Shown piece by piece: positions 8,708-19,512 of a stretch of DNA of 64,000 nucleotides (within the stretch, counting starts at the first letter, position 1; each line of letters starts with the position of its first letter). Made by a program: the position numbers and the translations under genes. A model generated the notes under the pieces. The model had not been told where the DNA came from and searched no databases. It was given only the letters and a program-made list of their open reading frames with translations. Origin of the DNA: Helicobacteraceae bacterium (lineage in GTDB: Bacteria; Campylobacterota; Campylobacteria; Campylobacterales; Sulfurimonadaceae); the NCBI GenBank assembly GCA_947498025.1, contig CANMJR010000004.1, forward strand, positions 16,708 through 80,707, written 5' to 3'.

Positions 8708-11700
8708 TGCATTTTTCTGTTAAAAATAAGATATTAACACTCTTCATCACGGTTATTATTATCTCACTCTCTGTAGTTGGGTGGTACGGTTTTAAGAGTG
8801 CAAAGAACTCTTATATAGACTCTGCCCTGCTGATAAATAAAAGCGAAACACTAGCCTTGTCAAATGAGCTAAAAGGAATATTAGAAACCGTGCCTAACGA
8901 TGTTATTTATAACTCTAATTTTTACGCATTGAAAAATCTTCTTATCTGGAAGGATTTAGAGGAGCAGGAGAAGATAAATGATTGGCTGCATATTTACACT
9001 CTATCTCTTAAAGATTATCTCTTAAATAAAAAATTATATTATAAAATCGGGTTTCTTGATATCAACGGCAACGAAAAAATAGCACTGAATTATGATAAGA
9101 AAGAGAATAAAGTTATTGAAATAAAAGAAAAAGATTTTCAAAATCAATCAAATAAAGATTATTTTATAGAGGCTATGAAATTAAAAGAAGATGAGATATA
9201 TATCTCGGAATTAAATCTAAATACAGAATATGGAAAAATCGTGGAGCCGCATGCTCCTGTTTTGAGATACTCGACTCCCTTTATAGATGAGAACGGTGAA
9301 ATAAAAGGGGTTCTTGTAGTGAGTCTCAATGCCGAATATATTTTAAATGCAGTTGCATCCGCAAAAGCTACGGATGCGACCAAAGAGTTTAAAAAATATT
9401 ATCTTATAAATGAGCAGGGAGATTATCTCTATATTGGTGATGAAGCTAAAAAATGGGGTTCCGAGCTGGGAACTAATTACAACTTTAAAAATGATTATAA
9501 AGATGTAATGGATGAGTTTGTAAACAAAGACGAAGCACTTTTTGTAAAAAATCATAAAATATTCTCAATGAATAAAATTTACCCGGACAAAAAAAACAAT
9601 AAAGCCAGATTCTTCTATCTTGTAACTGAACTTGATGAGTCCGTTGCACTCTCCTCTTTAAATTCTTTCATCTTGATGTTTTTTATAATTTTAGGAAGCA
9701 CACTTCTTCTAGGTCTGTTTTTTGTTAATGGTTACATCTCAAAACTTATGAATCCTCTCACTAGAATTACCTCGCAGTTAAAGGCTCTCTCAAGCGGAGA
9801 GATACAAAAAGAGGCTATTGATTACAGAGAGGATGATGAGATTGGTGCAATTGTAAAAGCGACAACTATACTTATAGATGCCATAGAGACTACAATAAAT
9901 CAGGCAAATGCAGTTGCAAACGGTGATTTTACTAAGGATATAGTGCTTCTTGGTAAAAATGACAAATTAGGTCTTGCCCTTATTGAGATGACAAAAAGGC
10001 TAAAGGAGATTTCTGTTCTTGCCACAAGCCTTTCAGGGGGTAATTATGATGTCACTATATTGGCAAAGGGAAGCAGTGATGAGTTAGGTTTGGCACTTAT
10101 TGAAATGGTTAAGTATCTGAAACAGATTACGACAATTGCCGAATCCATAGCCCACGGTAATTTAGAGGTAAGATACAAATCAAAAGGGTCTGATGACAGA
10201 CTGGGTATCGCAGTTTTGGAAATGATAGCGTATCTGAAAAGTATCTTAAAACAAGCAAATGCCATAACTAAAGAGGATTTTACGCATTCTATTGAGGTGA
10301 AATCAAAGAATGATGAGTTGGGATTGGCGATTGTAACCATGACCGATATTTTAAGAATAAATAGCGTGAAAAACAGAGATGATATCTACTTTAATGAAGG
10401 AGTAAGTGAGTTTAATGATGCTATAACCGACATAGCAGACATAGCGGAGCTCTCAAAAAAAGCTATTACGACTCTGAGCCGTTATGTGGGTGCTGTGAGC
10501 GGGGCTGTTTACGGCTATGAGCAAAGTAAAGCCAGCTTGGAGCTTCGAGCAACTTTTGCCATGAATGAGTTCAACATGCAACCCCATAGTTTTAAACTAG
10601 GTGAGGGTATTGTCGGTCAAGTTGCTTTAGAAAAAATTCCAATGCATTTAAAAAATATACAAGAGAGTGATTATAAGATAGAAACGGCTACGACACTCAC
10701 GAATGCAAAAGAGGTTTATATTTTTGCTCTTGCCTATGAAGAGGTGCTTTTTGGTGTGGTAGAAATTATGAGTTTGAGAGAGCTCACAAAAGTTGATAAA
10801 GAGTACTTTGCTAAAGTGGCAACTATCTTTGCAACCGCACTCTATTCAACAGCGCAAAATGCGCAGATAAAAGTGCTGCTAGAAAAATCACAACAAGCCT
10901 TTGAGGAGTTACAGGTTCAAAGTGAAGAGCTCCAAGAGTCAAATGTTCAGATGGAAGAGCAGCAGCAGCAGCTTACACTTCAATCAAGAGAGCTGCAGGA
11001 AAAAAATAGTACTTTAGCTCTGGCAAAACAAGAGATAGATAAAAGAGCAAAAGATTTGGAAAAAGCTTCAAAATATAAGAGTGAATTTTTGGCAAATATG
11101 TCGCATGAGCTTCGCACACCGCTTAATTCAATCATTCTTCTCTCAAAACTTTTGAGCATGAACTCGGATGAAAAACTTGACGAGGAGAGCGTGAAAAAAG
11201 TTTCTGTAATCAATAGGGCAGGGAACGATTTGCTTCTTCTGATAAATGATATTTTAGATTTAACCAAAATAGAGTCCGGAAAAATGGAACTTGTTATTTC
11301 AGAGCTGAGTTGCGAGGATATTCTAGAAGATATGAAGGGGCTTTTTGGCGCTTTGGCCGAAGAAAAAGGAGTTGAATTTATCATAAACGACAACTTTAAG
11401 AGTGCCTTTGCAACCGATAGTGTGAAGCTCTCTCAAGTACTTAAAAACCTTTTGTCAAACGCTTTCAAATTTACAAAAGAGGGTTCGGTTATCTTAGATA
11501 TAAGCTTAAGAGATGAAGATATTATGATTAGTGTCAAAGATACAGGCATCGGCATACAAGATGATAAGATAAATACAATCTTTGATGCGTTTAAACAGGT
11601 GGATGGCTCTATCAGTAGAGAGTTTGGCGGAACAGGGCTTGGTCTCTCAATTAGTAAAACAATAGTAGAGCTTTTACATGGACATATTTTCGTTGAGAGT

Positions 11701-12225
11701 GCATTCGGTAAAGGTACAACATTTACTGTAACACTGCCTATGGCACATGAGGCTTCGGAAGTTAAAATTCCACACTCAATAAAAGAGGAGATACATGGGA
11801 GTAACCAGGAACTTATCTCTTTGGTATCGGATGATAGTTTCTTGTTCAACGGAGATGAGTTGTCAAATAAAAATATTTTAATAGTGGATGATGACAGTAG
11901 AAATATATTTACTCTTACCTCTGTTTTAGAAAATTTGAATGCGGAGGTTTATAGTGCTTTTAATGGAAAAGAGGCTATTGAAATTCTTGAAAAAGAGAAG
12001 AAGATAGATATTGTTTTAATGGATATCATGATGCCTGTTATGGATGGTTTAAATGCTATAAGAAGTATCAGATTAAAGGATAAAAATATCCCTATCATTG
12101 CTATTACCGCAAAAACTATGCAGCAAGATAAACAAGATTGTCTCGATGCGGGTGCGAGTGATTATCTGCCAAAACCCTTAGAACATGGTGCCCTCATCTC
12201 CATGGTTAAGGCCTGGATAAAGTAG
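8704..12225 (+). CDS. Hybrid sensor histidine kinase: TM-Cache-TM, poly-HAMP, GAF, coiled coil, HisKA, HATPase, REC
   Basis: FLANMSHELRTPLN H-box, QVLKNLLSNAFKFT N-box, DTGIGI, GGTGLGLSIS; REC LIVDDD...DIMMP. Confidence 0.95.
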   Translation: MMHFSVKNKILTLFITVIIISLSVVGWYGFKSAKNSYIDSALLINKSETLALSNELKGILETVPNDVIYNSNFYALKNLLIWKDLEEQEKINDWLHIYTLSLKDYLLNKKLYYKIGFLDINGNEKIALNYDKKENKVIEIKEKDFQNQSNKDYFIEAMKLKEDEIYISELNLNTEYGKIVEPHAPVLRYSTPFIDENGEIKGVLVVSLNAEYILNAVASAKATDATKEFKKYYLINEQGDYLYIGDEAKKWGSELGTNYNFKNDYKDVMDEFVNKDEALFVKNHKIFSMNKIYPDKKNNKARFFYLVTELDESVALSSLNSFILMFFIILGSTLLLGLFFVNGYISKLMNPLTRITSQLKALSSGEIQKEAIDYREDDEIGAIVKATTILIDAIETTINQANAVANGDFTKDIVLLGKNDKLGLALIEMTKRLKEISVLATSLSGGNYDVTILAKGSSDELGLALIEMVKYLKQITTIAESIAHGNLEVRYKSKGSDDRLGIAVLEMIAYLKSILKQANAITKEDFTHSIEVKSKNDELGLAIVTMTDILRINSVKNRDDIYFNEGVSEFNDAITDIADIAELSKKAITTLSRYVGAVSGAVYGYEQSKASLELRATFAMNEFNMQPHSFKLGEGIVGQVALEKIPMHLKNIQESDYKIETATTLTNAKEVYIFALAYEEVLFGVVEIMSLRELTKVDKEYFAKVATIFATALYSTAQNAQIKVLLEKSQQAFEELQVQSEELQESNVQMEEQQQQLTLQSRELQEKNSTLALAKQEIDKRAKDLEKASKYKSEFLANMSHELRTPLNSIILLSKLLSMNSDEKLDEESVKKVSVINRAGNDLLLLINDILDLTKIESGKMELVISELSCEDILEDMKGLFGALAEEKGVEFIINDNFKSAFATDSVKLSQVLKNLLSNAFKFTKEGSVILDISLRDEDIMISVKDTGIGIQDDKINTIFDAFKQVDGSISREFGGTGLGLSISKTIVELLHGHIFVESAFGKGTTFTVTLPMAHEASEVKIPHSIKEEIHGSNQELISLVSDDSFLFNGDELSNKNILIVDDDSRNIFTLTSVLENLNAEVYSAFNGKEAIEILEKEKKIDIVLMDIMMPVMDGLNAIRSIRLKDKNIPIIAITAKTMQQDKQDCLDAGASDYLPKPLEHGALISMVKAWIK

Positions 12226-13893
12226 ATGCTTAAATATTTTGAGGATTCGAAGGTGTGCAGAGTGATGCTTCATCCCCCTTTGGTCGCAGAAGACATCAAC
12301 GCTCTTCAAAAATTATTTTATAAAGATTATTCGAGATGGATAGTAGAGTTTGGGCGTATCTATAATATCAGCGGAGAGTTGGTACATTTACTGAATAAAG
12401 AGATAGTTAAAAACAATAAAAATATTTCAATTATTACCCATAAAAATAAACTGAGTAGATACCTAGATAAACTTGGATTTAATACAACATTTATTTCTCT
12501 TTTAAAAGATTCTGTTGTGAAAACGAGTTTGATAGAGGTGGTTTTAATAGGCGGAAGTGCAGACTCCTCACCAAAAATCATGCAAATCGTTTCAAATATT
12601 GACATTACAAACTTAAGTGTTGTCGTTGTTCAGCATGTGCAAATAGACAGGGTGGGCATATTTGATGAAATATTGCAAAAATATACCACTCACAAAGTGT
12701 GCTATGCAAAAGAGGGTGAAGCAATTCAAAAAGGTGTTATCTATTTAGCTCCCAACAACAAGCATCTTAAAGTAAAAAATGGGCTCTTTTTTTTAAGTGA
12801 TGAAGAGAAATATAACTATGCAAAGCCATCCATCTCTCTGAGTTACGAGTCATTTTCTGCATACTACAAAGAGTCTCTTCTTGTGATACAGGAGTGTGGA
12901 TATGCGAGTGACGGGGTGGATAAATTAGAGTTTTTAAAGAGCAACAAATCAACGCTCATCGTGCAAGACCAGTGCGAGTGTGAGGCAAAAAGCATGGTTT
13001 TAAACGCTGTTGCCCTCAATGTTCATGATTACATATTGAATCTAGAAGATATTGTACTCTTTATAAATTTTGTAAACAAAAAAATGACAAAAGAGGAGTG
13101 GATAGAGTATTTGTTAGAGATGATTTTAGAACGCTACGGTTATGATTTTAGGCTCTATCAGAGGGATATGATTCAAAGGCGTATTGGAATTTTTATGATT
13201 AAGCATGCGATAAAAGAAATTAAAGATGCGGTCGCTCTTATACTTTTTAACAAAACCGCATTCAAAGTTTTCTTTTTAGAAATCTCTATAAATGTAACGG
13301 AATTTTTTAGAAAGCCAAGCTCCTTTGCTCATATAATTCAACTTTTAAAAAAGCACTATAAAAAAGCTCATAACATAAAGGTATGGAGTGCGGGATGCAG
13401 CAGCGGAGAAGAGGTTTACTCTTTGGCTATTTTGCTGCAAAGCTTAGGAATGCTTCAAAAAACGATTCTCTACGCAACTGATTTTAACAGTGTAGTTTTG
13501 GAAGAAGCAAAGAATGGAATCTACTCCAATGACTCTTATGAACTTGCTCTTAGTAACTTTGAGCAGATTGGTTTAGATGACAGATTAGAAAAATACATTA
13601 CAAAAAATGAAAATTATATAACCATTGATGAGAAAATTAGAGAAAAGACACTCTTTTTTCAGCATAATTTGGCGACAGACAGCTCTTTTAATGAATTTGA
13701 TATTATAATATGCAGTAATGTGATTATATATTTCGACGACAATTTGCAAAAAAGAGTCTTTACTCTCTTTTATGAGTCGTTAAAGTTTGGCGGGTATCTG
13801 ATTTTGGGGCAGAGTGAAACCGTTCACTCGGCATTTAAAGATAAATTTAAGAAGTGTAGTGATAAAAGTAAAATTTATAAAAAAGTGGCTTGA
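12226..13893 (+). CDS. CheB methylesterase-CheR methyltransferase fusion with short N-terminal extra domain
   Basis: GGSAD / VVQH / YAKPSI / SDG (CheB-like); INVTEFFR, VWSAGCSSGEEVYS, CSNVIIYFD (CheR). Confidence 0.9.
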   Translation: MLKYFEDSKVCRVMLHPPLVAEDINALQKLFYKDYSRWIVEFGRIYNISGELVHLLNKEIVKNNKNISIITHKNKLSRYLDKLGFNTTFISLLKDSVVKTSLIEVVLIGGSADSSPKIMQIVSNIDITNLSVVVVQHVQIDRVGIFDEILQKYTTHKVCYAKEGEAIQKGVIYLAPNNKHLKVKNGLFFLSDEEKYNYAKPSISLSYESFSAYYKESLLVIQECGYASDGVDKLEFLKSNKSTLIVQDQCECEAKSMVLNAVALNVHDYILNLEDIVLFINFVNKKMTKEEWIEYLLEMILERYGYDFRLYQRDMIQRRIGIFMIKHAIKEIKDAVALILFNKTAFKVFFLEISINVTEFFRKPSSFAHIIQLLKKHYKKAHNIKVWSAGCSSGEEVYSLAILLQSLGMLQKTILYATDFNSVVLEEAKNGIYSNDSYELALSNFEQIGLDDRLEKYITKNENYITIDEKIREKTLFFQHNLATDSSFNEFDIIICSNVIIYFDDNLQKRVFTLFYESLKFGGYLILGQSETVHSAFKDKFKKCSDKSKIYKKVA

Positions 13894-15155
13894 TGAAAAA
13901 TATATTATGTATAGATGACGTGGCAACAAACCTATTTGTTTTAGAGAGTGTTCTTAAAGAGACGGAGGATGCGTTGTACGGTGTTGCTGTTGCTAAGTCC
14001 GCACAAGCCGGTTTAGATATTTTATTGAAACAAAAAATTGATTTAATTCTTCTTGATGTGATGATGCCGGATGTTGACGGCTTTGCTTGTGCCAAGATAA
14101 TAAAATCAAATAAAAAAACAAAAGATATACCTATTATATTTATAACTGCAAACAAAGATGACGCAACGATTGAGAAGTGCTACGAAGTGGGCGGTTCAGA
14201 TTATGTAAATAAGCCGTTCAATAGTGTAGAACTTCTGAGTCGTGTCGCTTTTCATTTAAAACTTGCGGATAAGGAGCGGTTAATAACAAAAGAGAAAGAG
14301 TTTACTCAAAGCGTATTAGATTTGCAGGATAACTTTATAATTGTAACCGATGCAAATCAAGTTTTACATGCAAACAAAGCTCTCCTGAACTTTTTCTCTT
14401 TTAACTCTCTGTACGATTTTCAAAAAAATATGGGCTGTATTGCCAATCTATTTATAAGAGAGGAGCTTTATTTTCATCTAAGCTTAGTTGAAAATTCTCT
14501 TGTTTGGATTGATGAGGTTGTAGAAAGACTCAAGGATGGAGATGTTCTTGTTAAAATTGCTAAAGATTCTCAGGAGTATATTTTCACCCTCAAAGTTGCA
14601 ATTTTTCATGACTATTATATAGTAACCATGACGGATGTTACGACTATTTCTGTTCGTTCACTTGAGTATGAACATGATGCTAATTTTGACAGCCTCACAC
14701 AAATTTATAACAGAAATATGTTCAATCGTCTGATTGGGAAGAAAATTTACGAAGCAAGGCTGCAAAAGAGCTCTTTCGTATTTGTTATATTTGATATTGA
14801 TTTTTTCAAAAAGGTAAATGACACCTATGGACATCTAGCTGGAGACAGTGTACTGCGAGAGATTACAGCCCTTACAAAAGAGCATATAAGAACCCATGAT
14901 GTTTTTGCAAGATGGGGCGGAGAAGAGTTTGTTATAGTCCTTGATGCGGATATAAAAAAAGGTCTTGAAATAGCTGAGAGTTTAAGAAAAAATATTGAGT
15001 GTAAAGAGTTTGTCATTGTTAAAAACATCACATGCAGTTTTGGTATTACGGAGTTTAGAGAAAAAGATAGTTTAGATAAAATGATAAAAAGAGCAGATGA
15101 ATCTCTTTATGAGGCAAAATCGGGTGGAAGAAACAGAGTATGCCAGAGCAAGTAG
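13890..15155 (+). CDS. REC-PAS-like-GGDEF diguanylate cyclase response regulator
   Basis: LLDVMMP receiver; DIDFFKKVNDTYGH and ARWGGEEF active site. Confidence 0.93.
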   Translation: MMKNILCIDDVATNLFVLESVLKETEDALYGVAVAKSAQAGLDILLKQKIDLILLDVMMPDVDGFACAKIIKSNKKTKDIPIIFITANKDDATIEKCYEVGGSDYVNKPFNSVELLSRVAFHLKLADKERLITKEKEFTQSVLDLQDNFIIVTDANQVLHANKALLNFFSFNSLYDFQKNMGCIANLFIREELYFHLSLVENSLVWIDEVVERLKDGDVLVKIAKDSQEYIFTLKVAIFHDYYIVTMTDVTTISVRSLEYEHDANFDSLTQIYNRNMFNRLIGKKIYEARLQKSSFVFVIFDIDFFKKVNDTYGHLAGDSVLREITALTKEHIRTHDVFARWGGEEFVIVLDADIKKGLEIAESLRKNIECKEFVIVKNITCSFGITEFREKDSLDKMIKRADESLYEAKSGGRNRVCQSK

Positions 15156-16942
15156 CACATACCTACAATATACTATCCGTAGATGATAATCAAAATAATC
15201 TATTTGCGCTGAGTGTCCTGCTTAAGACTCAAAAAAATATAAAAAGCATAGAAGTTTTAACGGCTAAAGAGGCTTTGAATGTACTTTTGAGCGAAAAAAT
15301 AGATTTGATTCTGCTGGATGTTCAAATGCCTGAGATAAATGGTTTTGAGTTAGCCAAAATGATAAAATCAAACAAAAAAACCAAAGATATACCGATTATT
15401 TTTGTGACGGCTGTATTTAAAAGTGAAGAGTTTATCAAAGAGGGTTTTGAAATTGGTGCAGTAGATTATATAACAAAACCCATAGACGACAACCAGCTTC
15501 TTAATAAAATTACACTCTATCTTAAAGTTTTTGATCAAAAAAACAGATTGGTTCAGAGTGAAAAAAAATTTTACGATATAGCTCAAAGCATAGGTGACGG
15601 AATTTACACACTTGATACAGAGAATAAAACTACATTTATTAATAGTGAGGCGCTTAAAATACTCGGTTTTGAGCATGAAGAGCTGATTGGCAAAAATATT
15701 CATGACTATATTCATTATAAAGATATAAAGAATAAACCAATAGCATCCAATCAGTGCCACATACATCAAACAATACTTAATGGCGGCAAATATATTAGTG
15801 AAAATGAATATTTGGTTAAAAAGGATGGCACATTTGTACATGTATCTTTAGTTGCTACGCCGCTTCTTGTAGATTACAAAACAGTCGGCACGGTAGTTAT
15901 ATTTAGAGACAAAATGCATCAGCAAAGAATACTCTCTTTGGAAGAGGAAAAGTCAAAAAATCAAGAGCAGATAATCCACTCTATGATTAACATGATAGAG
16001 TCTCGTGACTCTTACACAGCCGGTCATACAAAAAGAGTTGCGGAGTATTGTGTTTTAATTGCAAAAGAGATGGGTTATAGCGATGTGGATATAGAAACCC
16101 TCAAAAATGCAGCTTGGTTGCATGATATAGGTAAAATCTCAACACCTGACAGCGTTTTGCTCAAACCAAACAGACTGAATGAAACAGAGTATGAACTGAT
16201 ACAAGAGCATCTAAGGGCGGGTTATGAGATGCTCTCAGAAATAGATCAATACAAGGCCATGGCGGATGTCATGCGGGAGCACCATGAAAAGTATAACGGC
16301 AGCGGTTATCCGAGAGGACTTAAAGCGAACGAGATAAAACCGCTCAGCAGGGTTATGATGGTCGCCGATGCTTTTGATGCCATGACAACTAACAGAGTGT
16401 ATAAGCCCAGAAAATCTATATCTGCTGCCCTAAAAGAGTTAAAAGAGTTGAGTGGTGTACATTTTCATCCGGAAGTAGTAGATGCAGCAGTTGTCGCCTT
16501 AAAAAAGGTAAAGATAGACACTGAAATTTCGCAACTACCGAGAACAACTATAGAAGAGCAAAGATTTTCATATTTCTACAGAGACAGGCTTACCAATCTA
16601 TTTGTTTTAGATTATCTCTCTCTTATTCTTAGATACCATATAGCTTCAAAATCCGTATATATGTACAAGATACAACTGCACAATTTTTCAGATTTTAACA
16701 AAAAATTTTCTTGGGCAACAGGGGATGAGTTTTTAGTACAATTTTCAAAATTTATAGACAGTTTATATAGCAACACTATTACATTTAGAGTTGAGGGTGA
16801 TGATTTTATGATTCTAAGTGAAAATGCTCTTGATAATATAAACGAGGATATTCAAAAGAGTGAACTTCTGAAAAATTCAATTATAGTTTGCACTGTTGAA
16901 ACGGAGTACATTGATGATATTACTACACAATTCGAAAATTAG
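15140..16942 (+). CDS. REC-PAS-HD-GYP phosphodiesterase with degenerate C-terminal GGDEF-like domain
   Basis: LLDVQMP; HTKRV, LHDIGK, HHEKYNGSGYP, ADAFDAM; C-terminal RVEGDDF. Confidence 0.92.
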   Translation: MPEQVAHTYNILSVDDNQNNLFALSVLLKTQKNIKSIEVLTAKEALNVLLSEKIDLILLDVQMPEINGFELAKMIKSNKKTKDIPIIFVTAVFKSEEFIKEGFEIGAVDYITKPIDDNQLLNKITLYLKVFDQKNRLVQSEKKFYDIAQSIGDGIYTLDTENKTTFINSEALKILGFEHEELIGKNIHDYIHYKDIKNKPIASNQCHIHQTILNGGKYISENEYLVKKDGTFVHVSLVATPLLVDYKTVGTVVIFRDKMHQQRILSLEEEKSKNQEQIIHSMINMIESRDSYTAGHTKRVAEYCVLIAKEMGYSDVDIETLKNAAWLHDIGKISTPDSVLLKPNRLNETEYELIQEHLRAGYEMLSEIDQYKAMADVMREHHEKYNGSGYPRGLKANEIKPLSRVMMVADAFDAMTTNRVYKPRKSISAALKELKELSGVHFHPEVVDAAVVALKKVKIDTEISQLPRTTIEEQRFSYFYRDRLTNLFVLDYLSLILRYHIASKSVYMYKIQLHNFSDFNKKFSWATGDEFLVQFSKFIDSLYSNTITFRVEGDDFMILSENALDNINEDIQKSELLKNSIIVCTVETEYIDDITTQFEN

Positions 16943-17802
16943 CGGGTAGCTAAATTATAAAAAACATTATATCGGATTAATATCTTCTCGGTAGGTCTAG
17001 GATATTTGCTATAGGAATATTCTATTGTCTCTTTCGTTGTGTCATCAAGCTCGTAGTAGCCGCTCTTTTTTAAGAATTTAAAGTCAGTCATGTCTCCGTT
17101 TGGGTGAAGATAAAACTCTATTACATTCGTACTGTTTACATTTAAGTTTCTTGATAAATTTACACCTGCAACACGGGTAAGCGTCTCTTGCGTGATTCGT
17201 CTCATAATCTCTTGATTGTCAATAATATAGCTCTGCTGTCCGGGGGTCAGTTTTCCAAACTCATCTCCATAGAGCTCTTTTATATTTTGTGTTAAACTGC
17301 TTCCGCTAGCTGTTTTTTTTATCTCTTTTTTCGCCTCATCTGCTGATTTATCCTCTTTCATCCAAGCAAGAGGGTCTTCTTTGATTGGCTCTTTTTTCTC
17401 TTCTTTTAGAGGTATAAAAGGCAGTTGCGGTGGAAGAGGTTCAATTTTCGGTTGCGGTTTTGGCACCTCTTTAGGAGCCTCCGGCTTAGGATTTAACTTT
17501 GGTTCTGTCGGCTGTTTTTTCGGCACATATTTCAGAGGCTCTTCATGTACAATCTCTTTAAGTTGAGACCCTTTTGGCATCGGCGGGGCGATAGATGGGG
17601 TAACCGGCATGGGCTGCTCTACGGGCACCTCCGGTTTTTTCTCTTTTTTAGGCATCTCTTTGAGGGAGATTTTTATCTTCTCCTCTTTTTGTTCTTCCGG
17701 TTTTTTTAGCTCAGGCATAAAAGTCAATAGAATCCAAAATAGCAGAAAAAGCACAAAATGCAGTAAGAGAGCAACAAAGAAAGCAAAAGAGGATCTGTAC
17801 AC
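16939..17802 (-). CDS. Energy transducer TonB-family protein
   Basis: N-terminal TM, Pro/Lys/Glu-rich linker, C-terminal TonB-like domain (SGYYELDD). Confidence 0.8.
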   Translation of the reverse strand: MYRSSFAFFVALLLHFVLFLLFWILLTFMPELKKPEEQKEEKIKISLKEMPKKEKKPEVPVEQPMPVTPSIAPPMPKGSQLKEIVHEEPLKYVPKKQPTEPKLNPKPEAPKEVPKPQPKIEPLPPQLPFIPLKEEKKEPIKEDPLAWMKEDKSADEAKKEIKKTASGSSLTQNIKELYGDEFGKLTPGQQSYIIDNQEIMRRITQETLTRVAGVNLSRNLNVNSTNVIEFYLHPNGDMTDFKFLKKSGYYELDDTTKETIEYSYSKYPRPTEKILIRYNVFYNLATR

Positions 17803-17897
17803 TATTTTTCCGTTTTATCTAAAATTTTTTCCGAATTATAGCAAATGAATATTAATGCAACTTTGCTATAATAACGCAAAAATCACAAGGTCATAAA

Positions 17898-19190
17898 ATG
17901 AGCAGAGACGCATCAATAAAAGCTTTTGAAGAAGCACAAAGTTTAATTCCGGGCGGAGTTAACTCTCCGGTGAGAGCATTTAAAAGTGTTGGAGGAACCC
18001 CACTTTTTATTACTGAAGGAGAGGGTGCTTACTTAACAGATATTGATGGCAACAAGTATATTGACTTTGTTCAGAGTTGGGGACCGCTTCTTTTTGGACA
18101 CAGAGATGAAACGATAGAAAAAGCGGTGATAGAAGCTGTAAAACATGGACTAAGTTTTGGCGCTCCAACATTGGCGGAGACAGAGCTGGCAAAACTTGTT
18201 ATCTCCTTTTTTGACTCTATGGATAAAGTGAGATTTGTGAGCAGCGGAACCGAAGCTGTTATGAGTGCAATTCGCCTTGCACGCGGATTTACGGGTCGTG
18301 ATGATATAGTGAAGTTTACGGGTTGTTATCATGGGCATAGTGATTCTCTTTTGGTTCAAGCAGGAAGTGGAGCAGCAACTTTTGGAAACCCGAGCAGTCC
18401 GGGGGTTCCGGCTGATTTTACAAAACATACGCTTTTGGCGGAATATAACAATATCGAGAGCGTAAAAAAGTGTTTTAATGACTCACAGACAATAGCATGT
18501 GTAATCATCGAACCGATTGCCGGAAACATGGGGCTTGTTCCTGCAGATAAAGAGTTCTTGCATGCGTTAAGAGAGCTTTGTGATGCAAATGGAACTCTGC
18601 TTATTTTTGACGAAGTTATGAGTGGTTTTCGTGCAAGCGTAAATGGTGCAGAGTCTCTAACGGGTGTGAAACCGGACATTGTTACTCTTGGAAAAGTTAT
18701 AGGCGGCGGCATGCCCGTTGGTGCTTTTGGAGCGCGTGCCGAGATAATGTCAAAACTCTCACCTGAGGGTCCGGTGTATCAAGCAGGAACGTTAAGCGGA
18801 AATCCGGTTGCCATGGCAGCAGGTTTTGCAGCCCTTACAAAGTTAAAACAAAATGCGAGAGTTATCTCTGTTTTGGAAGAGCGTGCAAAAAGATTGGTTG
18901 AGGGGATGCAAGAAGCGGCATCGGCATGTGGAATCACAATGCAGATAGATGTGAGAGGAAGCATGTTCGGATTTTTCTTTAATGAAAAACCTGTTAAAAA
19001 CTTTGCCGATGCCTGCAACTCTGACGCTGAACTTTTTGCTAAGTTTCACTCCGGCATGTTAAATGAAGGCTTCTATTTTGCATGTTCACTCTATGAGACA
19101 GGTTTTATTTCAACTGCAATTACGGATGAGATGATAGAAGAGACAATCAAGGCGAGTGCAAAAGTATTGAAGGAAATCAGTAATGGCTGA
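17898..19190 (+). CDS. hemL: Glutamate-1-semialdehyde 2,1-aminomutase
   Basis: [37 protein letters not shown]. Confidence 0.97.
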   Translation: MSRDASIKAFEEAQSLIPGGVNSPVRAFKSVGGTPLFITEGEGAYLTDIDGNKYIDFVQSWGPLLFGHRDETIEKAVIEAVKHGLSFGAPTLAETELAKLVISFFDSMDKVRFVSSGTEAVMSAIRLARGFTGRDDIVKFTGCYHGHSDSLLVQAGSGAATFGNPSSPGVPADFTKHTLLAEYNNIESVKKCFNDSQTIACVIIEPIAGNMGLVPADKEFLHALRELCDANGTLLIFDEVMSGFRASVNGAESLTGVKPDIVTLGKVIGGGMPVGAFGARAEIMSKLSPEGPVYQAGTLSGNPVAMAAGFAALTKLKQNARVISVLEERAKRLVEGMQEAASACGITMQIDVRGSMFGFFFNEKPVKNFADACNSDAELFAKFHSGMLNEGFYFACSLYETGFISTAITDEMIEETIKASAKVLKEISNG

Positions 19191-19512
19191 AGATAAACAA
19201 GAAGAGCATGTTCCAAGAATAAAGCCTATCATAGAGGCTGCAGACAGCCTTTCTTTGGGTATTTCTATGGTTGTTGCAGTTCTTATGGGTGTTGGAATCG
19301 GTTATCTGCTTCGCAGATGGACAGATATCGGCTGGCTCTTTTGGGTCGGTGTCGGAATTGGAATTGCGGCAGCAATATTGAATGTCTATAAAGCCTACTC
19401 AAAACAGTACAAAGAGTATGAAGAGTTGGCAAAAGAGCCACGCTATGCAATCAAAAAACAGCTTGACAATAAAGACGACGACGAAGAGGATTATGGTGAA
19501 AAGAGCTATTAA
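19183..19512 (+). CDS. AtpZ/AtpI-family small membrane protein
   Basis: Two TM helices with G-x-x-L-G pattern; directly after hemL. Confidence 0.75.
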   Translation: MAEDKQEEHVPRIKPIIEAADSLSLGISMVVAVLMGVGIGYLLRRWTDIGWLFWVGVGIGIAAAILNVYKAYSKQYKEYEELAKEPRYAIKKQLDNKDDDEEDYGEKSY

